This document shows positions 38,675 to 48,573 of a DNA stretch of 64,000 nt, in pieces; within the stretch, counting starts at the first letter, position 1; every line of letters starts with the position of its first letter. The notes below the pieces were generated by a model. The model had not been told where the DNA came from and did not search any database. It was given only the letters and a program-made list of their open reading frames with translations. This DNA is from Saprospiraceae bacterium (GTDB taxonomy: Bacteria; Bacteroidota; Bacteroidia; Chitinophagales; Saprospiraceae): NCBI GenBank assembly GCA_021298335.1, contig JAJTEZ010000005.1:10822-74821 (forward strand). The letters are read 5' to 3'. The translations under genes were made by a program, and so were the position numbers.

Positions 38675-39910
38675 ATGAAGGCAGGAATTATAACCATCGG
38701 AGATGAAATCCTCATCGGTCAGATTATCAATACGAATGCAGCGTGGCTGGGCGAACAATTGACCCTCTTAGGCATTGAAGTCATTAAAACTTGGACTGTT
38801 GGTGATAGTCATATTCAAATCGGACAAACACTTCATGAATCAACTCAGGCATGTGATCTGGTTCTGATTACCGGAGGACTAGGGCCTACTCGTGACGATG
38901 TGACAAAAAAAGCCATTGCTGATTTTATGGGTGTAGCTCTGTTTTTTCATCAGGCCACATTCGAGCGAATACAACGTATATTTGAAAAATTGGGCAGAGT
39001 CATGTCTCCCTCGCACAATGACCAGTGCCTGATGCCGGAAGGCGTCACTCTATTGCAGAATAGGCTAGGCACAGCACCCGGCATGCTTTTTCACTACAAC
39101 GATAAAATCATCATTTCCATGCCTGGGGTGCCTTTCGAAATGAAGGCAATCATGACAGATGAAGTATTGCCCATGTTGCAGAAACTGAGTAAAAACAAGA
39201 TTGCTCATACTACCCTGCTTACTGCCGGCGAGGGAGAAACAACCATTGAAAATAAAATCACAGACATCGTCAACCGAATGCCTGAAAATTTATCCATTGC
39301 ATACCTGCCTTCGCTTGGCCAGGTTAGGGTACGCATCACAGGGAAAGGACCTGAGGAAAATAGGGTGCTTAAACAGGTAGAAGAAGTGGCTGATCAAATC
39401 CATAATCGACTGCAAGACATTGTATTTGGCAGCGAAAAAGAACTCCTGGCGCTTTCCAGAAAGTTTGGGCTTACCCTTGGTACTGCCGAAAGTTGTACGG
39501 GCGGAGCCATCGCTGCAAAAATTGTTTCTGTACCAGGATCTTCAGATGTATTTACTGGCAGCATTGTCTCCTATGCCAATGAAATAAAGACGCACCTATT
39601 GCATGTGCCGGAAGAGACACTTATTGAATACGGCGCAGTAAGCGAACAAACAGCCATTGCGATGATGAAAGGTGCAATCCAAACACTTGGAGTCTCTGCA
39701 GCCGTGGCTGTATCAGGGATTGCCGGTCCTGATGGAGGTACACCGGAAAAACCCGTGGGAACAATCTGGATCTGTGCAGGAAACGAATCCGGCCATAGTA
39801 CCTTTTTACTAAAAGCCGGCAAAGACCGATCTGGCAATATTGAAGCCGCAACCGTCTGTGCATTGAATGTCTTGAGAAAATGGATACTCAATGCATATAA
39901 TCCTTCGTAA
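38675..39910 (+). CDS. cinA: CinA-family protein (MoCF-like domain plus nicotinamide-nucleotide amidase domain)
   Basis: IITIGDEILIGQIINTNAAWL, TGGLGPTRDD, and C-terminal TAESCTGG. Confidence 0.9.
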   Translation: MKAGIITIGDEILIGQIINTNAAWLGEQLTLLGIEVIKTWTVGDSHIQIGQTLHESTQACDLVLITGGLGPTRDDVTKKAIADFMGVALFFHQATFERIQRIFEKLGRVMSPSHNDQCLMPEGVTLLQNRLGTAPGMLFHYNDKIIISMPGVPFEMKAIMTDEVLPMLQKLSKNKIAHTTLLTAGEGETTIENKITDIVNRMPENLSIAYLPSLGQVRVRITGKGPEENRVLKQVEEVADQIHNRLQDIVFGSEKELLALSRKFGLTLGTAESCTGGAIAAKIVSVPGSSDVFTGSIVSYANEIKTHLLHVPEETLIEYGAVSEQTAIAMMKGAIQTLGVSAAVAVSGIAGPDGGTPEKPVGTIWICAGNESGHSTFLLKAGKDRSGNIEAATVCALNVLRKWILNAYNPS

Positions 39911-40021
39911 GCGGTACCTGTTTGCGGTTTACATTAGCAGAAAAAGCCTTGCTGATAATTTTCCGGAAGTGCTGTAGAAAGGAAATTGTTACCCGCACCT
40001 CCACAAACCCCTATTTATTCG

Positions 40022-40029
40022 TAATTTTG
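40022..40029 (+). promoter_or_regulatory. Candidate -7 promoter box (TAATTTTG) for the E2 gene
   Basis: Matches TAnnTTTG, 30 nt upstream of the ATG at 40060. Confidence 0.3.
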
Positions 40030-40059
40030 CAACATACCTAACCCGAACCTTCAAATTTT

Positions 40060-41388
40060 ATGGCAAAAGTTGAATTGATCATGCCCAAGATGGGCGAAAG
40101 CATCATCGAAGCCACAATCCTGAAATGGACAAAAAAAGTAGGCGAACCGGTTGCCCAGGATGAAACCATTCTTGAGATTGCAACTGACAAAGTGGATTCT
40201 GAAATCCCCTCTCCTGTAACCGGCGTATTATCTGAAATCCTATTTCCTGAAGACAGTGTTGTCGCTGTTGGGAAAGTGGTAGCGATTATCCTGACAGAAG
40301 GAGAATCTGCCGTAGCAATAACTTCTCCCGCTGTAGAAGTCCCCATTTCCACCGAGGTCACAAGTCAGGTAATCGCAAAAGAAATTGAAGTGGTCTCAGA
40401 CCAAATTGCAATTCAGCCAACATCTGGAAATACAAGATTCTATTCCCCTTTGGTAAAAAGCATGGCCAAAGAAGAGCGAATTAGTGAGGTTGAGCTGGAT
40501 AAAATTCAAGGCAGCGGTGCCAATGGCAGAGTGACAAAACAGGATATGCTTACGTACATTGAACAACGTCAGAGCCATCCCAACGTGACTGCAGAACCGG
40601 TACTCCAGCCTAAACCACTGAATGAAGGCATACTTTCACCTACAAGCCCGTCAAACTTTGTGAATACACAGGCTTCAGGAAATGTTGAAATCATCGAAAT
40701 GGACAGAATGCGGCGACTGATAGCCGACCACATGGTGATGTCCAAACAAACTTCTCCGCATGTCACCTCATTTGTAGAATCAGACGTAACCAATCTGGTG
40801 ATATGGAGAGAAAAAAATAAAAAACGTTTCCTGGAAAAATATGGGGAAAATATCACCTTTACCCCTTTATTTATACATGCCATCGTCAGAGCTATCAAAG
40901 AATTTCCCATGATCAATGCTTCGTTGGATGGCAACCGGATCATTGTGAAAAAAGACATCCACATTGGCATGGCTGCAGCACTTCCGTCTGGCAATCTGAT
41001 CGTGCCTGTGGTAAGGAATGCAGACCTGCTCAATCTGGCCGGCCTGGCAAAATCCGTTAACGACCTGGCAAACCGGGCTAGACAAAACAAATTAAAACCC
41101 GAAGAAATCAAGGAAGGTACTTTCACACTAACCAATGTGGGCACCTTTGGTAACCTCATGGGAACCCCGATCATCAACCAGCCCCAGGTAGCCATTATGG
41201 CAACCGGTGTTATCAAGAAAAAACCCGCCGTACTTGAAACAGAATATGGTGATGTCATTGCAATCCGCCATATGATGTTCTTGTCAATGTCATATGATCA
41301 TCGCATCGTTGACGGTGGCCTTGGAGGTGCCTTTCTGAAAAGAGTGAGCGACTTACTAGAGTCGTTCGATCCGGGCACTGACGTTTAA
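40060..41388 (+). CDS. 2-oxoacid dehydrogenase E2 component (dihydrolipoamide acyltransferase)
   Basis: Lipoyl domain EIATDKVDSEIPS, E3-binding segment SPLVKSMAKEERISEVELDKIQGSGANGRVTKQD, catalytic SYDHRIVDG. Confidence 0.9.
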   Translation: MAKVELIMPKMGESIIEATILKWTKKVGEPVAQDETILEIATDKVDSEIPSPVTGVLSEILFPEDSVVAVGKVVAIILTEGESAVAITSPAVEVPISTEVTSQVIAKEIEVVSDQIAIQPTSGNTRFYSPLVKSMAKEERISEVELDKIQGSGANGRVTKQDMLTYIEQRQSHPNVTAEPVLQPKPLNEGILSPTSPSNFVNTQASGNVEIIEMDRMRRLIADHMVMSKQTSPHVTSFVESDVTNLVIWREKNKKRFLEKYGENITFTPLFIHAIVRAIKEFPMINASLDGNRIIVKKDIHIGMAAALPSGNLIVPVVRNADLLNLAGLAKSVNDLANRARQNKLKPEEIKEGTFTLTNVGTFGNLMGTPIINQPQVAIMATGVIKKKPAVLETEYGDVIAIRHMMFLSMSYDHRIVDGGLGGAFLKRVSDLLESFDPGTDV

Positions 41389-41397
41389 ATACTAGTT

Positions 41398-41985
41398 TTA
41401 AGAAAGGACGTCAAACAGCAGGTCCAGGTTGTCAAACGATTTAAATCCGGTTTTTTCTTCTTCTCCTCCCCTCACGATAATACCATATATGGGTAGTTGC
41501 TCGTTAAGTTGAGCCCATTCTCCCGGCGTAAATGGAAGATCCAGAAACACGTTTTTTTTTGCACATAAATTTCTGACATTTTCTATGTCTATTGCTTCCA
41601 GAAGATCCCACGATCGTTCAGAGCGAATCACAGGAAAGTCTACATGTGAAAAGTCAGATTCTCCTATATTTTCCAAAATAAAATCTTGAAAAACAGGCAA
41701 TCCAAACGATTTGTCGTATTGGGCAAATGCCCCGAAATGAAGGGCTTGTCCCAACTCACTTTGTATGATTGTGTAAATTTCTTCCTCGCTTTGCCAACCA
41801 TCAAGTTCAAGTACAAATTCAGGCCCCTCTACCCATGCTGTGATTTCCCTGATTTTGGCAGGTGAACAATACAATTCTGTGCCCACATTGCAACAAAAGC
41901 CTAGAAAATCTACACCTGCTGCGGCAAAATAGCGGGCATCCGTGAGGCTGGATACTTTGCTTGCTTTAATCTTTATCTCAGGCAT
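41398..41985 (-). CDS. Phosphoribosylanthranilate isomerase-like (TrpF-family) protein
   Basis: N-terminus MPEIKIKASKVSSLTDARYFAAAGVDFLGF resembles PRAI. Stand-alone; convergent with E2. Confidence 0.5.
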   Translation of the reverse strand: MPEIKIKASKVSSLTDARYFAAAGVDFLGFCCNVGTELYCSPAKIREITAWVEGPEFVLELDGWQSEEEIYTIIQSELGQALHFGAFAQYDKSFGLPVFQDFILENIGESDFSHVDFPVIRSERSWDLLEAIDIENVRNLCAKKNVFLDLPFTPGEWAQLNEQLPIYGIIVRGGEEEKTGFKSFDNLDLLFDVLS

Positions 41986-42017
41986 TGTTGTTATTTTGTA
42001 CAAAAATAGGAAGTGTT

Positions 42018-42380
42018 ATGGCTGAAAAAAAATGGAAAGAGAAGAAAGAAGCAGCATCTCCACATTATTTTGATCTTGTCTATGATATTACTTGCCTGGT
42101 ACCCGAAGGCAGAGTCACCACCTACGGAGCCATCGCCGACTATCTCGCCCTCGGTTCGGCGCGAATGGTGGGTTGGGCCCTCAATCACTGCCACAGTCAG
42201 GATACCACCATTCCTGCTCACCGTGTAGTGAACAGAAAAGGCGAATTGTCCGGAAGGATGCATTTTGCTACACCCTCTCTCATGCAGGAACGACTGGAAA
42301 AAGAAGGAGTGGAAATTAGAAATGACATAGTCTGTGATTTTCCCACCCTCTTTTGGCATCCACGGGAGCTTGGATATTAA
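42018..42380 (+). CDS. MGMT-family / alkyltransferase-like DNA-binding protein lacking the acceptor cysteine
   Basis: VPEGRVTTYGAIA ... IPAHRVVNRKGELSG. The canonical PCHRV is PAHRV here (42213..42227). Confidence 0.7.
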   Translation: MAEKKWKEKKEAASPHYFDLVYDITCLVPEGRVTTYGAIADYLALGSARMVGWALNHCHSQDTTIPAHRVVNRKGELSGRMHFATPSLMQERLEKEGVEIRNDIVCDFPTLFWHPRELGY

Positions 42381-42443
42381 ATTGATTCTATCAAATATTT
42401 AAACCCTTTTCCATCTTTTTGGTTATATGCAAAATAATAGTTT

Positions 42444-42866
42444 ATGCTGCGTCTTTTCACACTTTTCACCTTTACAACTTTATCCTCAATTCTGTTCGCC
42501 CAAAGTCCAATTGGAATATGGAAAAATCTTGACGATACAGACGGTAAAGAAAAATCCCACATCGAAATTTACGAATCAAATGGCAAATTGAGGGGAAAGG
42601 TTGTAAAACTTCTTCCAGCAGCTACCATCACACGCTGTGATAAGTGTGAAGGTGCTAATAAAGGAAAATCGCTCGTTGGCATGGACATCCTTTGGGACTT
42701 AAAGAAATCTGGTAACGCCTGGGATGGTGGAGAAATTCTGGATCCCAAATCAGGTGATGTCTACTCTTGTAAAATTGAGGCCGACGGCCCTTCAAAGCTT
42801 AACGTGCGCGGTTTTCTTGGTTTGGCACTTTTTGGAAGAACACAGGTCTGGTATCGGGTGAAATAA
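42444..42866 (+). CDS. DUF2147-domain secreted protein
   Basis: Signal peptide; GIWKNLDDTDGKEKSHIEIYESNGKLRGKVV ... DGGEILDPKSGDVYSCKI. Confidence 0.7.
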   Translation: MLRLFTLFTFTTLSSILFAQSPIGIWKNLDDTDGKEKSHIEIYESNGKLRGKVVKLLPAATITRCDKCEGANKGKSLVGMDILWDLKKSGNAWDGGEILDPKSGDVYSCKIEADGPSKLNVRGFLGLALFGRTQVWYRVK

Positions 42867-42941
42867 ATCATCAACTTCAGTACAATAATTCAGCTCGTTT
42901 GGCGTTTTGTAGTTGTATTTTCACTACTTAACCTGAATTGC

Positions 42942-43160
42942 ATGATACAAATGTACACCGAAGAATCACTCATCAATTTCCTGAATAATCCATCCGGCTT
43001 CTTCGAAAGACTGGAATTCGAATTTTCTCTTAATGAAGACAGTCGAATGACTGACATTTCACACTCATTTTCTGAAATTAGTACGCCTGATGAAGAATGC
43101 CTTCTTAGCCCTTCAAATTCTGTCATTGACCGAATCCTGGAATATAGCAGAACGATTTGA
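42942..43160 (+). CDS. Hypothetical small acidic protein
   Basis: A 72-aa ATG ORF that fills an otherwise empty gap. No recognisable motif. Confidence 0.3.
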   Translation: MIQMYTEESLINFLNNPSGFFERLEFEFSLNEDSRMTDISHSFSEISTPDEECLLSPSNSVIDRILEYSRTI

Positions 43161-43164
43161 CGAT

Positions 43165-43926
43165 TTATCCGCCGACCGTAAAGGAGTCGATCGCTTGTCT
43201 GACTGAACCATATTCAATCAAAAGGGATTTTGCCTCCTCGTAGGAAAGCCCCGTTTTTTCCATGACCATTCGACTTCCTCTGTCCACAAGTTTTTCATTG
43301 GAGAGTTGCATGTCCACCATACGGTTGTCCCTGACTCTGCCCAGTTGAATCATAACACTGGTACTAATCATGTTTAATACAAGTTTCTGGGCAGTTCCAC
43401 TTTTCATACGGGTACTGCCAGTGACATATTCCGGCCCTACGACAACCTCGATCGGAAAATCAGCCTGATCTGCAACGGGGCTTGCAGGATTGCAGGTGAT
43501 ACAGGCCGTAAGAATACCTTCCTGCCGGGCTCTGCGCAGTCCATTCACAACATAGGGCGTCGTACCGGAAGCTGCGATACCAATCAATACGTCAGATTCG
43601 TCTATCTGATAAGCACTCACATCTTTCCAGGCCTGCTCTGGGTCGTCTTCTGCCCTTTCCACAGCATTTCGAAGGGCAGTATCACCTCCCGCAATGAGGC
43701 CAATCACCCAATCTCTGGGAATTCCATAGGTTGGCGGACATTCCGATGCGTCCAATACGCCCAGACGGCCGCTTGTCCCTGCGCCAATATAAAACAGTCG
43801 TCCCCCGTCCTTCATTCGCGCTACAATTGCGTCAACCAGTGGTATCAGGTGAGGAATAACAGCTTCTACTGCCACCGCCACCTTCTGATTTCTATAGGTC
43901 GATGGCGCTTCAGTAATACGTTCCAT
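43165..43926 (-). CDS. murQ: N-acetylmuramic acid 6-phosphate etherase (SIS domain), unusually short N-terminus
   Basis: GGRLFYIGAGTSGRLGVLDASECPPTYG, TGSTRMKSGTAQKLVLNMIST. Confidence 0.85.
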   Translation of the reverse strand: MERITEAPSTYRNQKVAVAVEAVIPHLIPLVDAIVARMKDGGRLFYIGAGTSGRLGVLDASECPPTYGIPRDWVIGLIAGGDTALRNAVERAEDDPEQAWKDVSAYQIDESDVLIGIAASGTTPYVVNGLRRARQEGILTACITCNPASPVADQADFPIEVVVGPEYVTGSTRMKSGTAQKLVLNMISTSVMIQLGRVRDNRMVDMQLSNEKLVDRGSRMVMEKTGLSYEEAKSLLIEYGSVRQAIDSFTVGG

Positions 43927-43928
43927 TC

Positions 43929-45452
43929 TTATTGAAGTTTCGGTTTTTTTGAGATTAGAAACATCCCGGCAAACGTAAGTAATCCATTGATGATCAATAT
44001 TTCAATACCAATTTTAAATCCAGAAAAAACCTGCTCTGATAGTGTCAGCATTGCCTGGGCTGTGTTTCCTTCAAGTCCCAGCTTTCCGACAAACCATTCA
44101 GCATTATTGATCATATCCAGACCCAAAACAAGCAATGGAGATGCAAGACAAATCCAGATGACCATTGAATCCCGAACTTCTCGCTTTGTAAACATTCCAA
44201 AGGCAAACATTCCAAGCAATGGACCATAGGTATAACCCGCTAGTTTTAAAATTACGTCAATGATAGATTTATCATCAATCCACTTAAACCCAAGCACACA
44301 TAAAAAAAACAGCACGGCAAAACTCAGGTGGACAGTAAGTCGAATCCGGCGCTTTCGGGCATCTGAAGTGTGAGTATCTTTCTGCATACCCAGCATATCG
44401 ATACAAAAAGAGGATGTCATCGCAGTCAGGGCACCATCGGCGCTTGGAAAAAGAGCAGAAATAAGGGCAATGATAAAAATCACACCCATGCCTGCAGACA
44501 AATAATTGCCTAATGCAATGGTTGGAAATAAATCGTCACCGGCCAAGGTAAGCTGATTTTTCTGCGCAAACAATGTCAGGAGGCCCCCCAATAACAAAAA
44601 CAGTATGTTTACTACTAGTAGTGTTGTGGCAAGAGTAAGAACGTTTTTCTGCGAATCAACAAGGCGCTTTACACTGATGTTTTTTTGCATCATCTCCTGA
44701 TCCAGCCCGGTCATAGTGATTGTTATAAAGGCTCCTCCCAAAATCTGCTTCAGGAAAAACCCGGAAGAATTCACATCTGTATTTATGACTCGGGTGTATC
44801 CTCCGGCTGACAACTGTGCAAATGTCTCACCCAAACCCATATCCATCTTTTGCATGATTACAATAATGCAAAGAATCAGTCCTCCCAGCATAAATGATGT
44901 CTGCAAAGTATCTGTATAAACTATTGTCTTTACTCCCCCCTCAAACGTATACAACAAAATTAAAAGCAGGATAATAAAGGCAGTAAGCACAAAAGATATA
45001 CCGAGCTGATTCAAAATAAAAAGCTGCAATACATTAATGACCAGATACATGCGTGCCGTCGCCCCAAGCGTGCGTGATATAATAAAAAACAAAGCCCCTG
45101 TTTTGTATGATACCACTCCAAACCGATCCTCCAGAAAGCGATAAATAGAAGTAAGGTTCATTCTGTAATACAGGGGAAGCAACACAAATGCAATCACGAA
45201 ATAACCGATAAAATATCCCAGCACAACCTGGTAATACCCAAATCCGGCTGATCCCACAGTACCGGGAACACTCACAAACGTAACCCCGCTTAACGAAGTA
45301 CCTACCATACCAAATGCGACAAGCATCCAGTTACTGTTTTTATTACCTATAAAAAAGGAATCGTTGGTCGCATTTTTTGATGTGTACCAGGCAACCGCCA
45401 ATAGCAACAAAAAATAGCCAAAAACAAAGGAAAAAAGTACAATAGGAGACAT
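43929..45452 (-). CDS. Sodium:solute symporter (SSF) family transporter
   Basis: 507-aa polytopic protein. Its stop lies 2 nt before the murQ ATG. Confidence 0.75.
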   Translation of the reverse strand: MSPIVLFSFVFGYFLLLLAVAWYTSKNATNDSFFIGNKNSNWMLVAFGMVGTSLSGVTFVSVPGTVGSAGFGYYQVVLGYFIGYFVIAFVLLPLYYRMNLTSIYRFLEDRFGVVSYKTGALFFIISRTLGATARMYLVINVLQLFILNQLGISFVLTAFIILLLILLYTFEGGVKTIVYTDTLQTSFMLGGLILCIIVIMQKMDMGLGETFAQLSAGGYTRVINTDVNSSGFFLKQILGGAFITITMTGLDQEMMQKNISVKRLVDSQKNVLTLATTLLVVNILFLLLGGLLTLFAQKNQLTLAGDDLFPTIALGNYLSAGMGVIFIIALISALFPSADGALTAMTSSFCIDMLGMQKDTHTSDARKRRIRLTVHLSFAVLFFLCVLGFKWIDDKSIIDVILKLAGYTYGPLLGMFAFGMFTKREVRDSMVIWICLASPLLVLGLDMINNAEWFVGKLGLEGNTAQAMLTLSEQVFSGFKIGIEILIINGLLTFAGMFLISKKPKLQ

Positions 45453-45510
45453 AATTGCTTCAATTAAAACCTCAAAATAGGGTTCTTTTTCTGTTTTGTG
45501 GAAAGAAAAC

Positions 45511-46599
45511 TTAAGACGATTTTAATCGAATATGATTTTCTATGCCATTTCTATCAAGTATACCCATAATATGCCCGTCATCCCCCACACCAACGATGGC
45601 AATGCCCTCTTTTTTCATCAATTCAATGACATCTTTCAAATTAGTTCCTGGAGTAACAAGTACTGCCCTGGATGACATCAATTGCTGGACTGTTTTATCA
45701 GGCGTGTTGTTTTTAATGATGTCTTTGATAAATAACTCGGGTACTGTGCCACTAAAATTTCCCAAAGAGTCAAAAACAAGAAAATTTTGTTCTCCTTCCC
45801 TGTAATATTTTTCAATCACCATTGAATACGCATCACTCAGGTGTAAGCGGGTAAACGTTGTGCGCATAATCTCTGAGGCAGAGGTTTTTGCCAGAAAGGC
45901 ATCGATCCTGGCCTGATTATATTCCTTGCCTGCCATCATAAAAATAAAAAGCCCTATAAGACCTAATACCATCTCTGCCATAAAAATTCCAGATACAATA
46001 AATAAAGCCGCAATGACCCTTCCTACAAACGTAGCAATGCGAGTACCCATCACGCGACCCAGTCTGGCAGATAAAATTGCACGAAGAATTCTTCCTCCGT
46101 CCATGGGGAAGGCAGGAATCAAATTAAAACCAAATAAAAGAAAATTGATAAAGGCAGTATATCTGAAAAATTCAGTGCTGTCAGTAAAATGAAAATCCAC
46201 AACCTTTGGGAATACCTCTCCGGTAAAAACATACAGATACACGGATAGAGATATGGCAATCACTAAGTTGACCATCGGTCCGGCAAGTGCAATTACAAAT
46301 TCCTGGAAGGGCTTCTCCGGTATACTTTCCATACGGGCTACCCCTCCTATGGGAGACAGAATGATGTCACGGGTCACCACGCCAAATCGTTTTGCTGTCA
46401 AAGCATGTCCATATTCATGCATGACAACACACAAAAACACAACTATAAGGAAAGCCATGGAAACCAAATTCTCCTGCACCCTCTGCTCACTGGTCAACAC
46501 CGAGTAACTGATGAAAATTGCCAGTAAACCGAACGTCCAATGCAGCTTAACTGGTATTTGACTGATCCTTCCAATAGTAATACTTCCTCCTGCCATCAT
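45511..46599 (-). CDS. M50 site-2 protease family membrane metalloprotease with C-terminal CBS pair
   Basis: HEYGHALTAKRFG (HExxH), FNLIPAFPMDGGR, and a CBS-like C-terminus. I chose the ATG at 46599. Confidence 0.8.
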   Translation of the reverse strand: MMAGGSITIGRISQIPVKLHWTFGLLAIFISYSVLTSEQRVQENLVSMAFLIVVFLCVVMHEYGHALTAKRFGVVTRDIILSPIGGVARMESIPEKPFQEFVIALAGPMVNLVIAISLSVYLYVFTGEVFPKVVDFHFTDSTEFFRYTAFINFLLFGFNLIPAFPMDGGRILRAILSARLGRVMGTRIATFVGRVIAALFIVSGIFMAEMVLGLIGLFIFMMAGKEYNQARIDAFLAKTSASEIMRTTFTRLHLSDAYSMVIEKYYREGEQNFLVFDSLGNFSGTVPELFIKDIIKNNTPDKTVQQLMSSRAVLVTPGTNLKDVIELMKKEGIAIVGVGDDGHIMGILDRNGIENHIRLKSS

Positions 46600-46604
46600 T
46601 GCGA

Positions 46605-47780
46605 TTATGTTGTTTCTAACCAAATTGGCTCATATAGCATTCCAGATAAGATCTTTCGGCTAATGACAACTCTCTGCATCTCTGAGGTGCCTTCATAAAT
46701 TTGAGTAATTTTTGCATCACGCATGAGCCTTTCCACATGATATTCCTTTACAAATCCATAACCACCGTGTACCTGTACTGACTCAACAGTATGTTTCATA
46801 GCGACCTCAGAAGCATAAAGTTTTGCCATAGCAGCCGCTGAAGTGTAATCCATGCCCTGGTCCTTCATCCATGCCGCTCTGTATACCATTAGCCTTGCTG
46901 CCTCTATCTCTGTAGCCATATCAGCAAGTTTAAAGGCAATAGCCTGATGCTGCCCAATCGGCTTACCAAAGGCTTCCCTTTCCTTTGCATATTTTACGGC
47001 AAGTTCATAAGCGCCCGCTGCTATTCCCAATGCCTGCGCTGCAATACCAATTCTGCCGCCAGATAATACTTTCATCGCAAATTTAAATCCAAAGCCATCT
47101 TCTCCTATCCTGTTTGACTTAGGGACCTTCACATCCGTATACATGATGGTATGCGTATCAGAAGCGCGTATTCCCAACTTATCCTCCTTCGCTCCAACTA
47201 CCACACCAGGCCAGGACGTTTCTACCAGAAAAGCATTGATTCCCAGATGCTTTTTGGCTGAGTCCGTCTGGGCAATCACAATATGTAGTGAAGAGGTGCC
47301 TCCGTTGGTAATCCAGTTTTTTGTCCCATTCAAGAGGTAATAGTCTCCCATATCAATCGCCGTAGTGCGCTGACTCGTGGCATCGCTACCAGCCTCCGGC
47401 TCTGACAAACAAAAGGAGCCAATCCATTGACCTGAAGCCAGCTTTGGCAAATACGCAGCTTTTTGCCCTTCACTGCCATATTCTTCGATACCCCAGCATA
47501 CAAGGGAATTGTTGACAGACATGATGACAGAACATGAACTGTCCACTTTGCTGATTTCCTCCATGGCGAGTACATATGATATTGTATCCATGCCTCCACC
47601 ACTATATTCGGGCGAGACCATCATTCCCATAAATCCAAGCTCAGACATCTTCCGAACCTGTTCTTTTGGATATGACATAGACCTATCTCTTTCAATCACG
47701 CCCGGCAATAATTCCTGTTCTGTAAACTCACGTGCTGCTTCCCGAACAGAAAATTGTTCTTCTGAGAGTTGAAATTGCAT
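46605..47780 (-). CDS. Acyl-CoA dehydrogenase
   Basis: CLSEPEAGSDA, QVHGGYGFVKEY, IYEGTSEMQR. Confidence 0.9.
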   Translation of the reverse strand: MQFQLSEEQFSVREAAREFTEQELLPGVIERDRSMSYPKEQVRKMSELGFMGMMVSPEYSGGGMDTISYVLAMEEISKVDSSCSVIMSVNNSLVCWGIEEYGSEGQKAAYLPKLASGQWIGSFCLSEPEAGSDATSQRTTAIDMGDYYLLNGTKNWITNGGTSSLHIVIAQTDSAKKHLGINAFLVETSWPGVVVGAKEDKLGIRASDTHTIMYTDVKVPKSNRIGEDGFGFKFAMKVLSGGRIGIAAQALGIAAGAYELAVKYAKEREAFGKPIGQHQAIAFKLADMATEIEAARLMVYRAAWMKDQGMDYTSAAAMAKLYASEVAMKHTVESVQVHGGYGFVKEYHVERLMRDAKITQIYEGTSEMQRVVISRKILSGMLYEPIWLETT

Positions 47781-47905
47781 ATTGATAAATTTTGGTTAGG
47801 TACAGCAAAAATAACGCTTTTCACTGCCTTTTTGCCAGATAGTTTTTATTTTTCTGGTTGATTTTGCTTGAAAACGGGCTCTATAATTCCGATTCGATCT
47901 TGGTT

Positions 47906-48541
47906 TTACAGACATGGACTTTCTTCAACATCAAAGAAAGGCAATTCTGCCTGCCGCGGCGGGGGCGTCAATTGAAAACTCTTCCTGTGATATTCGCTTA
48001 TTCCGTACTCAAGTATAGCTTTGCGGTGAGTCATTGTCGGGTATCCCTTGTTTTGATGCCACTCATACTGCGGATATTTTTCGTGCAGAACATGCATATA
48101 ATCATCTCTATAAGTTTTGGCCAGAATGGATGCAGCGGATACAGATGCGTAAATACCATCACCTCCAACAAAACACTGGTGCGGAATATCCTTGTAATTC
48201 CTAAATCGGTTGCCATCCACCAGAATAAATTCCGGTTTTACTGTAAGATGGTCCAAAGCTATATGCATCGCCTTTACAGAAGCCCATAAAATATTGATGT
48301 TGTCAATTTCAGGGGCATCAACTTGTGCTACAGAATATGCTACCGCATTCGCTTCAACTTCCTTCCGTAATAGATTGCGCTGCTTTTCTGTAATCTGCTT
48401 GGAATCATTGAGCAAAGGATGAAAATAATCCACCGGAAGTATCACCGCAGCTGCAAATACAGGACCTGCAAGACATCCTCTGCCAGCCTCATCACAACCC
48501 GCTTCGGGAAATACTTTAAAACAGCTCTGAAGTGAGGACAT
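47906..48541 (-). CDS. rnhB: Ribonuclease HII
   Basis: AGCDEAGRGCLAGPV, DSKQITEKQR, and SILAK in ASVSAASILAKTYRD. Confidence 0.9.
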   Translation of the reverse strand: MSSLQSCFKVFPEAGCDEAGRGCLAGPVFAAAVILPVDYFHPLLNDSKQITEKQRNLLRKEVEANAVAYSVAQVDAPEIDNINILWASVKAMHIALDHLTVKPEFILVDGNRFRNYKDIPHQCFVGGDGIYASVSAASILAKTYRDDYMHVLHEKYPQYEWHQNKGYPTMTHRKAILEYGISEYHRKSFQLTPPPRQAELPFFDVEESPCL

Positions 48542-48573
48542 TTTCTTAGTTTACAAAGAAATATATCAATTCG

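Noticed and set aside
40569-41258. Long antisense ORFs opposite well-supported genes: 229 aa opposite the E2 gene, 10657..11199 opposite SulP, 4444..4869 opposite meaB, and 2405..3050 opposite dnaX.
   Set aside because: Each lies entirely inside a gene with clear family motifs on the other strand. They have odd composition (Ser/Pro/Arg-rich, low complexity) and no recognisable motifs. These are typical shadow ORFs.
41360-41385. A GTTCGATCC string resembles a tRNA T-arm.
   Set aside because: It lies inside the 3' end of the E2 coding frame (..LESFDPGTDV*). There is no cloverleaf context, acceptor stem or anticodon arm around it.
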